Shown: in pieces, positions 1 to 9,104 of the stretch
Layout: each line of letters begins with the position of its first letter
How positions within the stretch are numbered: the stretch's first letter is position 1
Source of the DNA: an uncultured Candidatus Peribacteria bacterium
GTDB taxonomy: Bacteria > Patescibacteriota > Gracilibacteria > Peribacterales > Peribacteraceae
DNA length: 64,000 nt
Assembly: GCA_964533375.1 (NCBI GenBank)
Contig: CAZHLW010000003.1
Location: forward strand, 17,823-81,822
Reading direction: 5' to 3'
Made by a program: the position numbers and the translations under genes
The notes under the pieces: model-generated
Databases searched by the model: none
What the model was told of the DNA's origin: nothing
What the model saw: the letters and a program-made list of their open reading frames with translations, nothing else

Positions 1-37
1 CTTGTGATGTGAGTCGTAAGGGCATATGGACAGGTTC

Positions 38-784
38 TTAGGCAAGCACTTCACAACCGTCGTCGGTCACGAGAATTGTATGCTCAAAGTGTGCCGCAAG
101 CGATCCGTCTTCGGTCACAAGCGTCCAGCCGTCACGGGTGGTGCGGATATCGTCGCAGCTGACAGACACAATCGGTTCAATGGCCACAACCGTCCATGCC
201 GGGAAGACCGGGCCGGTTCCTTTCTTGCCGAGGTTCGGAATATCGGGAATCTGGTGCAGTGTGCGGCCGAGTCCGTGGCCCGTGAGTGATCGCACAGGAT
301 GCAGTCCTTCCTTTTCGACCGACTCCTGAATGAGTGCGGAGATATCCCCCACCCGCACGCCGGGTTTCAGAAATGCCACGGCATCAGCCAGAGCATTTTG
401 TGTGACATGCAGCAGATGCTCAGCTTCTTTGCTGATGTTCCCGATGCCGACTGTGACGCAGGCATCGGTGTAGAGACCGTCGCAAATCACACCGCAGTCG
501 AGGGAGACAATATCGCCATCCTGCAGCATGCGGTCCCCCGGCATGCCGTGCACACACTCGTCGTTTACCGATGCACAGATAGTGAACGGATAGCCGCTGT
601 ATCCTTTGAATGCGGGCAGTCCCCCTTTCTCCAGAATGTACCTTTCGGCCATACTATCCAGCTCTATGGTCGTGATTCCTGCGACTGCTTCTTTGCGAAG
701 CATTGCAAGACATCCGCTCAAAATGCGCCCTGCCTTGCGGAAGGATGCGATTTCATCGGCGTTGAAGACCTGGATGGCTGACAT
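38..784 (-). CDS. map: Methionine aminopeptidase, type I
   Basis: 248-aa ORF with MetAP-I hallmarks (DIVSLDCGV...DGLYTDA, TGHGLG, EPIV, HFEHT). It sits last in the conserved secY-adk-map order. Confidence 0.9.
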   Translation of the reverse strand: MSAIQVFNADEIASFRKAGRILSGCLAMLRKEAVAGITTIELDSMAERYILEKGGLPAFKGYSGYPFTICASVNDECVHGMPGDRMLQDGDIVSLDCGVICDGLYTDACVTVGIGNISKEAEHLLHVTQNALADAVAFLKPGVRVGDISALIQESVEKEGLHPVRSLTGHGLGRTLHQIPDIPNLGKKGTGPVFPAWTVVAIEPIVSVSCDDIRTTRDGWTLVTEDGSLAAHFEHTILVTDDGCEVLA

Positions 785-802
785 GAAACGAGCTTATAGG
801 TT

Positions 803-1360
803 TCAGAGAGCAGCGACAATTCTTGCGTAGACTTCGTCCATTGTTCCCTCTCCATCTACATCGGCAACTTTCCCCTGTGCACGATACTCGTTGATAACGG
901 GTTCGGTCTTTTCGTGGAAGAGTCCCATGCGGCGGCGGATGAATTCGGGATTCGCGTCGTCGGCTCTCCCCTGCTCCAGTGCGCGCTGCTGCACGCGCTT
1001 GAGTGCCTCCTCTTCGTTCACGGCCAGCTGCACGCAGCGGAAATCGCGGCCAAGACTTTGCATCATGTCATCGAATGCGGTTTTTTGATCATTATCGCGG
1101 GGAATACCGTCAAAGAGTAATGGCTCCGAAAGCGGGTGACTGCTGACCGCCGTGCGGACCACTTCCATAATGATCTCAAACGGCACCAGGTGCCCGTGAT
1201 CAATGTATGATGCGACTTTGTGTCCGAGCTCCGTGTCGGTTGCGGCAATCTTTCTGAGTTCTCCGCCTGCTTCAAAAATGGTATAGCCCTTTTCGGCGGC
1301 CAATCGTTTGGCTTGAGTTCCTTTGCCAGAACCTTGAATTCCAAAGATGAGGAGATCCAT
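803..1360 (-). CDS. adk: Adenylate kinase (short-LID form)
   Basis: 185 aa with P-loop GIQGSGKGTQ. No Cys4 zinc LID. Positioned between secY and map. Confidence 0.9.
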   Translation of the reverse strand: MDLLIFGIQGSGKGTQAKRLAAEKGYTIFEAGGELRKIAATDTELGHKVASYIDHGHLVPFEIIMEVVRTAVSSHPLSEPLLFDGIPRDNDQKTAFDDMMQSLGRDFRCVQLAVNEEEALKRVQQRALEQGRADDANPEFIRRRMGLFHEKTEPVINEYRAQGKVADVDGEGTMDEVYARIVAAL

Positions 1361-1598
1361 GGGAGCGCAGAGAATAGCGAAGTTCCAGAGAAGTGCAATG
1401 TACGGTTTATCCCAATAGGTGCGTCATTGATGAAAAAGAGAATAAAGTCACATTTAACCTGCGAAAAGTACTTTTCTTCACTCTAGTAAGGAAAAGTAGA
1501 CAGCGCTGCCACCTCATAGGATGATATGACCAGTACAGGCGGCAACGCTTGTTTTCGATCAGCGAGAATCGGTCATTTACATATCGAGGGGAAATCAC

Positions 1599-2399
1599 AT
1601 GAAAAGGTATCTTTCTTGGGGGCTGGCCGTTGTGCTGTTATGGCTTACATGGAGACAGGCAGAATACGCCCGGCTGTATCTGGCGGCACAGAAAGACGGA
1701 TGGAAAGGGGAAACAGCAAAAAACGAATTGCTGCTTGCGTTCCCTGGAAAAGAAGAAGACCGCATTGCTTTCCTGCATCTGAAAATAGCGGTCGGGAAAA
1801 TGAATATAAAAAAACCGGACGAGGCGCTGTACCATTTGCACAATGCAAAATTGCTGTCGCCACGCTTCTACGGCTTCCACAGTGATGCAGTAGAAGCGGT
1901 ACATCTTTTAGGGCAACAAGGAAGAACGGAAGACGCACTACGAGAGTTCGAAGCGCTCTTTACGAAGGCAGAGGAGGCATGTGCTCATCCGCCGGACAAT
2001 CCAGACGAGCTGCTGAAAGAAATAGCTCCCCGGCTGCGACACAAGACTCCGTGGCGAACGAACTTTCGTCAGGTAGGCTACCAACTGCATCAGAACATAG
2101 GTCATGCCTTTGCGATCTTTTTGCTCAGGACGAAGAGAAAGGAATTCCGCGCTCCCGAGAGAGCACTGCAGATCGCAAAAGCAATGGCGGAACGAAATGA
2201 AGACAATGCGTTTTTTTGGGAGTTCTTGTCGTTTGTAGAGTATGAAAATGCTCATAACGACAAGGCCCTGCTTGCGCTCGATTACTGTGAAAATTTGCAT
2301 CCACAAATGAAGTTCGTACCGGATAGCAGATGGAAACAGATGCGGCAGGCGGTCCTGAATCGCGAAGAATTCCCCCTGCAATTTCGGCTCCTACGCTGA
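1599..2399 (+). CDS. Membrane-anchored TPR-like helical-repeat protein (hypothetical)
   Basis: 266 aa. N-terminal hydrophobic helix (WGLAVVLLWLTW) followed by TPR-like helical repeats. Opposite strand to the flanking r-protein cluster. Confidence 0.5.
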   Translation: MKRYLSWGLAVVLLWLTWRQAEYARLYLAAQKDGWKGETAKNELLLAFPGKEEDRIAFLHLKIAVGKMNIKKPDEALYHLHNAKLLSPRFYGFHSDAVEAVHLLGQQGRTEDALREFEALFTKAEEACAHPPDNPDELLKEIAPRLRHKTPWRTNFRQVGYQLHQNIGHAFAIFLLRTKRKEFRAPERALQIAKAMAERNEDNAFFWEFLSFVEYENAHNDKALLALDYCENLHPQMKFVPDSRWKQMRQAVLNREEFPLQFRLLR

Positions 2400-2404
2400 T
2401 CGAT

Positions 2405-2437
2405 TCCCTCGCCGGCCTTCCGGCGGGGGAATTTGTT
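2405..2437 (+). terminator. Rho-independent terminator candidate
   Basis: TCCCTCGCCGG-CCTT-CCGGCGGGGGA hairpin (one mismatch) followed by ATTTGTT, 6 nt after the stop at 2399. Confidence 0.55.
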
Positions 2438-2576
2438 ATAGGTAGATTAAAATGCCTTCAATCGCCAAATGATTGAGTTTTGTCATAGATAGTATACATT
2501 ATGTGTACAGCCTTTGGGCTCTTATACGTGATCTTTTCACCACCGGTTCAGGAAATCCTCTCACTCATAGGAACAA

Positions 2577-3290
2577 ATGATGAAATTTGTAAAAAGTCAG
2601 ATTGCCGCTCACCCGTACCTGTCGTTCGTCGCGCTTGTTGCAATCATCCTTTTTGTGAACCACATATTTACTTTTTTTATGGTGCGCTACTCGGTCAGGA
2701 TAAGTATGGCGCAGGTCCTGATGGATTGCGAACTTGGTAACAGTATGGACGCGGACGCACGGATCCAGTTGCAGTTTGATACAGCTCCACCCGGATCCAG
2801 AGTGCGCAAAATCCGCGATGCGCACATGCATGCAAAGCTTCGCAACTGGGAAACTGCGTACAAACTCTGGCAGGAAACGCTGAGTATGCCGACAGACAAG
2901 GAACGACAAGGAAAGTCCTTCCTGATTGAGTTGGGCGATACGTTTGCTCAGTACCACAAAACAGAGCACGCAATGGACGTCTTCGATGATTTATTAAGAC
3001 GATATCCCAACGACCCTGAGACCTGCGCGCATTATGCAATCTGGTTAAACAGATGGGGACACCCTAAAGAAGCGCTTGCATTGATGGAGATCATCATCAA
3101 AAGCGAGCCGAAAATACGCATCTTCGATGTGGTGCCGTACATACAGTACTTGCATCGCGCAGGGGAAAGCGACAGAGCTTTGGCGGTCGCCAAACAGGTG
3201 ATCGCCGAAAGTCCCGCGTACTGGGAAGATGAACTCGCTAAGATACGCATGGAAGTGGCATCGATCGAGAAAACAATCGCCAGAAAATAA
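2577..3290 (+). CDS. Membrane-anchored TPR-repeat protein (hypothetical)
   Basis: 237 aa. N-terminal TM helix (YLSFVALVAIILFVNHIFTFFMV), then clear TPR-like repeats (AQYHKTEHAMDVFDDLLRRYPNDPE..., HPKEALALMEIIIKSEP). Confidence 0.55.
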   Translation: MMKFVKSQIAAHPYLSFVALVAIILFVNHIFTFFMVRYSVRISMAQVLMDCELGNSMDADARIQLQFDTAPPGSRVRKIRDAHMHAKLRNWETAYKLWQETLSMPTDKERQGKSFLIELGDTFAQYHKTEHAMDVFDDLLRRYPNDPETCAHYAIWLNRWGHPKEALALMEIIIKSEPKIRIFDVVPYIQYLHRAGESDRALAVAKQVIAESPAYWEDELAKIRMEVASIEKTIARK

Positions 3291-3322
3291 TATCCCGCGT
3301 TTCCTGAACCAATGAAAGGATC

Positions 3323-3358
3323 AAAAAATCCCGTCTCCACTTGGACACGGGATTTTTT
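3323..3358. terminator. Bidirectional hairpin terminator candidate
   Basis: AAAAAATCCCGT-ctccacttggac-ACGGGATTTTTT, with an A-run and a T-run flanking the stem. It lies between convergent genes (2577-3290 plus; secY and the small ORF minus). Confidence 0.55.
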
Positions 3359-3377
3359 CAAGAGGCAAAAGGACACA

Positions 3378-3572
3378 TCAATACAAACTCACCATGTTGA
3401 TTCTGCAGGAGGCAGGCAGCTCATTTCCTACAACATCACAAACTCGCTGATGTTGCTGATTCGATAGACCGCAACATGCTCCATCGACTGCATCTGAAGA
3501 ACATTCTCTTCTCTCCACTGGCGCGAGAGGCTTTTCTTCAGAAGTCGCCTCAGGCTGATCAGGTGTAGACAT
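3378..3572 (-). CDS. Small 64-aa ORF overlapping the secY stop (uncertain)
   Basis: Its ATG shares one base with the secY TGA (TGATG). Five Cys residues, no recognisable family. It ends just before the hairpin at 3323-3358. Confidence 0.25.
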   Translation of the reverse strand: MSTPDQPEATSEEKPLAPVERRECSSDAVDGACCGLSNQQHQRVCDVVGNELPASCRINMVSLY

Positions 3573-4852
3573 CAGACCAGCTTCTCGTAATCGTGCGCAA
3601 GCATCTGTGCATTTACCTGACGGATAAGTTCCATCACCACACCAACCATGATGATGAGTCCGGAACCGGAGATGATCAGGTTCTGGGCATCGAGGTTGGA
3701 GAACTTTGTAAAGACAATCGGAATGATGGCAACAAGTCCGAGGAAAATACCGCCCCAGAGGTTTAAGTTGTTGCTGGTTTTTGCGAGCATATCCGCAGTC
3801 TGCTTGCCCGGACGCATACCCGGAACGAAGCCGCCGCGCTTCTGAATGCTTTCTGCAAGTTCCACCGGCTTGAAGGTGACCGACACGTAGAAGTACGTGA
3901 AGACCATCACGAGCAGGAAGTAGGCAATGATGTACGGGTAGCTCGGATTCTGTGCGTTGAAGTAGGTGTTGATACTACTGACGAGCCACTGGAAGCGCGG
4001 AGCCGTCTGCAGGAACTGCGCGAGAATGGCAGGAAGTGTGATGAGAGAAATTGCAAAGATGATTGGCACCATGCCCGCCTGGTTCAGGCGGATAGGAAGA
4101 CCTCCCTGCACGCCGCGGCCCGCACCCTGGTTTGCGTAGGTGATGGGAATCAGGCGGTGGGCATCAGTAAAGAGCACCACGGCAATGAGCATGGCCAGAG
4201 AGATGAGTGCGAAGAAAATGAACGCGCCCTGGTTGCCGGTTGTGCCGGCCAGGTACATCGCGCTGATCTGTGTCGGAATGTTTGCGACGATTCCCGCAAA
4301 GATGATGAGCGAAATACCGTTGCCGATTCCCTTCTCCGTAATCATTTCACCCAGCCACATCAGGAAGACGGAGCCACCTGTGACAAAGAGCATGGGAAGC
4401 AGAATGCCCGGGAACGAGAGATCGATGAGGTTGATGCCGCCGCGGCCAAGGAGAATGAGAAATCCGTAGCTCTGCAGGAAACACAGCGGGAAGCTGAGCC
4501 AGCGTGTGTAGCGGTTCATCACCTGCTGTCCCTGCTGACCTTCTTTGCTGAGTGCCTCGAGCTTCGGGAAAATAACAGCACAAAGCTGCATGATGATGGA
4601 CGCATTGATGTACGGCGAAAGTCCAAGGAGTGCTACTGAGAAGTTATCGACCGCACCTCCTGTAAGCGATGCAAAGACGCCAAGCAGTCCTCCGGTGTTC
4701 CTGCTTGCGAGGAACTGACTCAGTGCGATCGGATCTGTTCCGGGAATAGGAGTGTGTGCAAGGAGACGGTAGACGAAGAGCAGTCCGAGGGTAATCAGGA
4801 TGCGCTTGCGGAGGTCTTTGGTATGCCAGATCTGGTGAAGGTAGCGGAACAT
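3572..4852 (-). CDS. secY: Preprotein translocase subunit SecY
   Basis: 426 aa, about 10 hydrophobic segments, typical SecY sequence (LGLSPYINASIIMQL..., GGFVPGMRPGKQTA). Follows rplO. Confidence 0.95.
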   Translation of the reverse strand: MFRYLHQIWHTKDLRKRILITLGLLFVYRLLAHTPIPGTDPIALSQFLASRNTGGLLGVFASLTGGAVDNFSVALLGLSPYINASIIMQLCAVIFPKLEALSKEGQQGQQVMNRYTRWLSFPLCFLQSYGFLILLGRGGINLIDLSFPGILLPMLFVTGGSVFLMWLGEMITEKGIGNGISLIIFAGIVANIPTQISAMYLAGTTGNQGAFIFFALISLAMLIAVVLFTDAHRLIPITYANQGAGRGVQGGLPIRLNQAGMVPIIFAISLITLPAILAQFLQTAPRFQWLVSSINTYFNAQNPSYPYIIAYFLLVMVFTYFYVSVTFKPVELAESIQKRGGFVPGMRPGKQTADMLAKTSNNLNLWGGIFLGLVAIIPIVFTKFSNLDAQNLIISGSGLIIMVGVVMELIRQVNAQMLAHDYEKLV

Positions 4853-4931
4853 AGAAAAGCGATGAACGCTGATAAGAAAGACTCAGGCGGATGGAACGAT
4901 AGTCGACCGTTCTGTAGCCATTGTCAATGAA

Positions 4932-5375
4932 TTAAACGTGGATGAGCGTGACGGTGCCGCCTGACGCGGCGAGTGCGGCCTTGGCTGCCTTGGATGCTGC
5001 ATGCACCTGGATATCGAATTTCTTCGACACGGTGCCCTGTCCCAGAAGCTTCACCAGTCTGCCCTTGCGGACGAGGCGCTTCTTCAAAAGGTCTGCAAGT
5101 GTGTAGGTTCCGGCCTCAAGAGTCTTTTCGAGGGTTGCAAGGTTGATGACTTCGAACGTTTTGTGGTTGACCGCAGTAAATCCGGACAGCTTCGGCTGGC
5201 GGCGGATGAGCGGGACCTGACCTCCTTCAAAACCAAAGCGGCGGCCCTTTCCTGTGCGGGACTGCTGACCCTTGGTTCCGCGTCCACCGGTGGCACCACC
5301 TTTACCGCTTGTACCACGCGCAATGCGCTTGGTCTTTCTGCGGGAGCCGGAGGCTGGACGAATGGAGTGCAACAT
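4932..5375 (-). CDS. rplO: 50S ribosomal protein L15
   Basis: 147 aa with the Gly/Arg/Lys-rich N-terminus (GSRRKTKRIARGTSGKGGATGGRGTKGQ) typical of L15. Immediately upstream of secY. Confidence 0.9.
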   Translation of the reverse strand: MLHSIRPASGSRRKTKRIARGTSGKGGATGGRGTKGQQSRTGKGRRFGFEGGQVPLIRRQPKLSGFTAVNHKTFEVINLATLEKTLEAGTYTLADLLKKRLVRKGRLVKLLGQGTVSKKFDIQVHAASKAAKAALAASGGTVTLIHV

Positions 5376-5552
5376 GAGGCCGCGATAGTACTTGGACAGA
5401 CGTGGAAGTTCAAGGGGAATTGTGATGGGCTTCCGGCTTTCTGCTTTCAGCTTTTAGAGCTGTTTTGGATGTTTTCAGGTTCTTTTGATGTTTATAACCT
5501 TTGATGTCTTTTTATTGGCTAATATAAGCCAAAATAGTACCATAGACTGTAA

Positions 5553-5581
5553 TTGCTAATATTTAGTAAATATTGTATAAT
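5553..5581 (+). promoter_or_regulatory. Sigma-70-like promoter candidate for the 5602 gene
   Basis: TTGCTA (-35), 17-nt spacer, TATAAT (-10), about 20 nt upstream of the ATG at 5602. It lies in an AT-rich divergent spacer that also holds the palindrome TTGGCTAATATAAGCCAA. Confidence 0.35.
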
Positions 5582-5601
5582 AGTAATAAGAAAAAAACCC
5601 T

Positions 5602-6711
5602 ATGTTCAGCCATATTCTCGCATCGGTGATGGTTGCCTTCAGCCTGCTTCCACAGACGGTGCAACCGGCAACAGAGCTGAAAACAGATGCGGTCACCCGG
5701 GCGGAGGCGGCAACGGCACTGCTCCTGGCGCGCAACCCGAACGTCGCGGTCATCAAAAACACCGGACAATTTCCGGATATTAAAAAGAGCGACTGGTTCT
5801 CCCCCTACATGCTCGCTGCGGAGCGTTTCGGCATTGTGAAAGCGGATTCCTATAAGTTGCTGCGCCCGCATACACGCGTGAATCGCGCGGAATTTTTGAA
5901 GATGCTCGCCTTCACTTTTACGGTGCCGACCGGTTACACGCACACCTTTACCGATGTCCCGAAAGACGCATGGTACAGCGAGTATGTTGGTATCGTGCGT
6001 TCATTCAAGTTGCCGCTGCAGGACAGCGCCACACAGTTCGGTCCGGAAAAACCCGTCACTCATGAAGAAGCACTCCAGTCTATCCAGACATTTGTGCGCC
6101 TCTACGATCCAACTGCAAAAACAATTCTCGATGAACAGCAGATCGCCATCGATCAGTCGCAGAATAATTTGTTCATTTATAGCGTCATCTCCTCACGCAA
6201 AACAAAAGTCGTCTTCACCGCAGACAAACAGACAACCGCTCTTCAAAAGCCCGCCACTCCCCCGCCGTCCCTGCCGGAACTGCGCACGCAGATTATCACG
6301 CTCGTGAATGCGGAGCGTCTGCAGGCGGGATTGAAGCCCCTCATCTACAGCACGCAGCTGGAACAGTCCGCCCAGAAGTATGCGGACGACATGGCAACAA
6401 ACGGATTTTTCGGGCACGTGAGCCCAAGCGGCCAGACGCTCAAAGACCGCGTGGCGGCAACCGGCTACTATACGCAGTCGTACTCCGCGGATTGCCAGTG
6501 TATAAAAGGATTCTCGCTTGGGGAAAATCTGGGTCGCGGACAGAAGACTGCAGACGAAGTGATGGCGGACTGGATGAAATCCCAAACGCACCGCGCGGCC
6601 ATTCTCAGTCCGGACTATAGTGATATGGGTGTGGGGGTATCGTCCGGCATCTGGGTTGAGCACTTTGGAGGAACGTTACTGCCGGGACAGAAGATTGCGG
6701 GAGCGAAGTAA
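5602..6711 (+). CDS. Secreted SLH-domain protein with C-terminal CAP/SCP (YkwD-like) domain
   Basis: 369 aa with an N-terminal signal-like segment. SLH-like repeats are present (FPDIKKSDWFSPYM...VNRAEFLKMLAF; FTDVPKDAWYSEYV...). The C-terminus is CAP-like (LVNAERLQAGLKPL...FFGHVSPSG...GENLGRG...MKSQTHRAAILSPDYSDMGVGV). Confidence 0.75.
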   Translation: MFSHILASVMVAFSLLPQTVQPATELKTDAVTRAEAATALLLARNPNVAVIKNTGQFPDIKKSDWFSPYMLAAERFGIVKADSYKLLRPHTRVNRAEFLKMLAFTFTVPTGYTHTFTDVPKDAWYSEYVGIVRSFKLPLQDSATQFGPEKPVTHEEALQSIQTFVRLYDPTAKTILDEQQIAIDQSQNNLFIYSVISSRKTKVVFTADKQTTALQKPATPPPSLPELRTQIITLVNAERLQAGLKPLIYSTQLEQSAQKYADDMATNGFFGHVSPSGQTLKDRVAATGYYTQSYSADCQCIKGFSLGENLGRGQKTADEVMADWMKSQTHRAAILSPDYSDMGVGVSSGIWVEHFGGTLLPGQKIAGAK

Positions 6712-6712
6712 C

Positions 6713-7042
6713 TTATCCTGCTTTTGCAGGTTCAAATGCAGGATAGGGATGCATCTGAGTTTTTTTAAGCTCACTGAGTGCATTGTATTCCTGCTGTAAA
6801 ACAGAACCATCGTCATTTACATGCAGTCTTGTTCTGCCGTCTGCATTCTGCAACACAACAGTACGCACCGTGAAAGGCTGTGATGAGAGTAGCGCAGCAA
6901 TTCTTGTCGTCACCTCCTCACTATTTTCAAAAGTAACCTGCACCACGCCCTGCATCATACGAATGGTAATACCATCCACTCCTTCGAGTGCTGTACGTAC
7001 CTCTTCAAGAGTGGGAGCCGGTGCAATAATTGATTCTGCCAT
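6713..7042 (-). CDS. Hypothetical 109-aa protein in the position normally held by L30
   Basis: Same strand as rpsE and 47 nt downstream of it. No similarity to L30 that I can see and no recognisable motif. Confidence 0.45.
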   Translation of the reverse strand: MAESIIAPAPTLEEVRTALEGVDGITIRMMQGVVQVTFENSEEVTTRIAALLSSQPFTVRTVVLQNADGRTRLHVNDDGSVLQQEYNALSELKKTQMHPYPAFEPAKAG

Positions 7043-7089
7043 AGAAAAGAAGCTACGCCAGTTTCTCCTGAAATCAAGAGCATCGATCC

Positions 7090-7725
7090 TTACTCTGCCT
7101 TCTTCTCGTCCTTCTTCGGAGCCTTCTTTTCAACCAGGTTTCCCCCCTCAATCTGATCCTTGGACACGGTCTTGATCTGAGCGGCGGCAACATCGGCCTT
7201 CTCTACAGCGGGAGCGCTGTCATCCACCATACCAACGCGGAGGGCGCGGAGCTTTGCGAGGGCCTTGAAGGTTGCCTGTGCGTTCACGAGGGTGTTACCG
7301 GTGCCGAATCTCTTCGCAAGAACGTTACGGACACCTGCGTGATCGAAGATGACACGGAGCGCACCACCGGCGATGATTCCTGTTCCTTCGGATGCAGGCA
7401 TCAGGCGGAGCTTGGCTGCTTTGAATTTCACGTCGACGTTGTGCGGGATGGTGCCCTTGGTGAGCGGCACGCGGATCATCTTGCGCTTGGCGGCCTTCGT
7501 TGCTTTCTGCACAGCTGCCTGTACTTCGTTTGCCTTTCCTGTTCCGAGTCCGACTTTTCCTTTCTTGTTACCGACAACCACGATAGCGCGGAAGCGCATA
7601 CGGCGACCTCCTTTCACCACGCGTGTCACACGGTCGACGGAGAGGGTGCTTTCCGTGAATTCGGAAGGCTCACGCTGTCCGCGGTCGCGCTTGTTCTGCC
7701 TGTCTGGGGATGAAGTCTTGGCCAT
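7090..7725 (-). CDS. rpsE: 30S ribosomal protein S5 (with N- and C-terminal extensions)
   Basis: 211 aa. S5 core present (VDRVTRVVKGGRRMRFRAIVVVGN...GTGIIAGGALR). Lys-rich C-terminal tail (KKAPKKDEKKAE). Confidence 0.9.
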   Translation of the reverse strand: MAKTSSPDRQNKRDRGQREPSEFTESTLSVDRVTRVVKGGRRMRFRAIVVVGNKKGKVGLGTGKANEVQAAVQKATKAAKRKMIRVPLTKGTIPHNVDVKFKAAKLRLMPASEGTGIIAGGALRVIFDHAGVRNVLAKRFGTGNTLVNAQATFKALAKLRALRVGMVDDSAPAVEKADVAAAQIKTVSKDQIEGGNLVEKKAPKKDEKKAE

Positions 7726-7752
7726 GAAAAGAAAAGAGGATAGAGGGGGAGA

Positions 7753-8097
7753 TCAGAATTGGAGTCCGCCTTCACGGGCGCTGTCGGCAAGAGCCTTAAT
7801 GCGGCCGTGGTACTTGTAGGCGTTGCGGTCGAAGATGACAGTATTGATGCCGGCATCCTTGGCTTTTTTGGCAATGAGTGCACCGACTTTCTGTGCGCCT
7901 TCCACGGTCGGCTTTGCCTTTGCTTCTTTTGCGGAAGCAGAGCAGATGGTGCGGCCAGCTTCGTCATCAATCAGCTGAACGCTGAGGTTGGTGAGCGAGC
8001 GGTACACCGTCATGCGCGGACGGGCAGCACTGCCATCGATCTTCGCACGAATGCGGCGCTTGCGAGCGAGCCGGTCCTGAATCTTCTTGAGTAACAT
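7753..8097 (-). CDS. rplR: 50S ribosomal protein L18
   Basis: 114 aa (RKRRIRAKI...PRMTVYRSLTNLSVQLID...YHGRIKALADSAREGGL). Conserved gene order. Confidence 0.9.
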   Translation of the reverse strand: MLLKKIQDRLARKRRIRAKIDGSAARPRMTVYRSLTNLSVQLIDDEAGRTICSASAKEAKAKPTVEGAQKVGALIAKKAKDAGINTVIFDRNAYKYHGRIKALADSAREGGLQF

Positions 8098-8124
8098 GAG
8101 GAGAAAAAAGAGAGTCGAAAGTGA

Positions 8125-8679
8125 TTATCCACCCTTGGCGGTGGCAGCCTTACCAACCTTGCGGCGGACGTGTTCCGTGCTGTAGCGGATACCCTTGCCC
8201 TTATACGGCTCAGGCGGGCGCAGTTCGCGGATGCGGGCGGCAACCTGTCCTACAAGCTGCTTGTCTGCACCTTTGATGAAAAGAATATTCTTGTTGCGTT
8301 CGTCCTGCGTGATTTCAATCTCTGCAGGGATGTCGAAGTCGATCGGGTGGCTGTGACCAAGGTTCAGCACGAGTGTCTTTCCCTTGAGGGCAGCCTTGTA
8401 ACCGACACCGATAATTTCAAGCTGCTTCTGGTACCCCTCGGACACACCCTTCACCATGTTGGCGATGAGTGCGCGGGTAAGACCGTGGCGAGCTCTTGCG
8501 TCTTTCGTGTCATTCTTGCGTCCGACAATCACCGTGGATCCGTCGACGGTGACGGTGACTTCCGGCAGAAGGTCGTAGCGGAGTTCGCCCTTGGAGCCCT
8601 TCACATGGACTGCCGAGCCCTTCAGCTCGACGGTGACCCCGGAGGGAAGTGCCACTGATTTGTTACCGATACGAGACAT
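8125..8679 (-). CDS. rplF: 50S ribosomal protein L6
   Basis: 184 aa (MSRIGNKSVALPSGV...GVGYKA...KGKGIRY). Conserved gene order. Confidence 0.9.
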   Translation of the reverse strand: MSRIGNKSVALPSGVTVELKGSAVHVKGSKGELRYDLLPEVTVTVDGSTVIVGRKNDTKDARARHGLTRALIANMVKGVSEGYQKQLEIIGVGYKAALKGKTLVLNLGHSHPIDFDIPAEIEITQDERNKNILFIKGADKQLVGQVAARIRELRPPEPYKGKGIRYSTEHVRRKVGKAATAKGG

Positions 8680-8703
8680 TTATAGTGAGGTACGAAACAA
8701 TGT

Positions 8704-9090
8704 TTAAGCGATGGTACAGAGAACTTCTCCGCCGATATTGCGCTTGCGCGCTTCCTTGTCTGTCAGAAGACCTTCACTCGTGGTCAGGATGGCAAGACCG
8801 TAGCCGCGAAGAACGGGCTTCAGGTCCGCGGCACCGCTGTACAGACGACGGCCGGGCTTGCTGACGCGGGTAAGCATCAGCGTTTTTCCCGGGACAAAGG
8901 TAACGGTCAGATTCTGCTTGGGAGCCTCTCCGACTACTTCCACCTTCTCGAGCATGCCTTCACGCTGCAGAAGATTGCAGAGTTCCTGCTTCAGGCGGGA
9001 CCACGGGGCACTTGTCGATTTACGGTGTGCGGCCTGCGCATTGCGGATGCGGGTCAGGAGGTCGCCGATGGGGTCGTTGACGTAAGACAT
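8704..9090 (-). CDS. rpsH: 30S ribosomal protein S8
   Basis: 128 aa (DPIGDLLTRIRNAQ...GGEVLCTI). Conserved gene order. Confidence 0.9.
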   Translation of the reverse strand: MSYVNDPIGDLLTRIRNAQAAHRKSTSAPWSRLKQELCNLLQREGMLEKVEVVGEAPKQNLTVTFVPGKTLMLTRVSKPGRRLYSGAADLKPVLRGYGLAILTTSEGLLTDKEARKRNIGGEVLCTIA

Positions 9091-9104
9091 GGAGAGTAAG
9101 GGAT

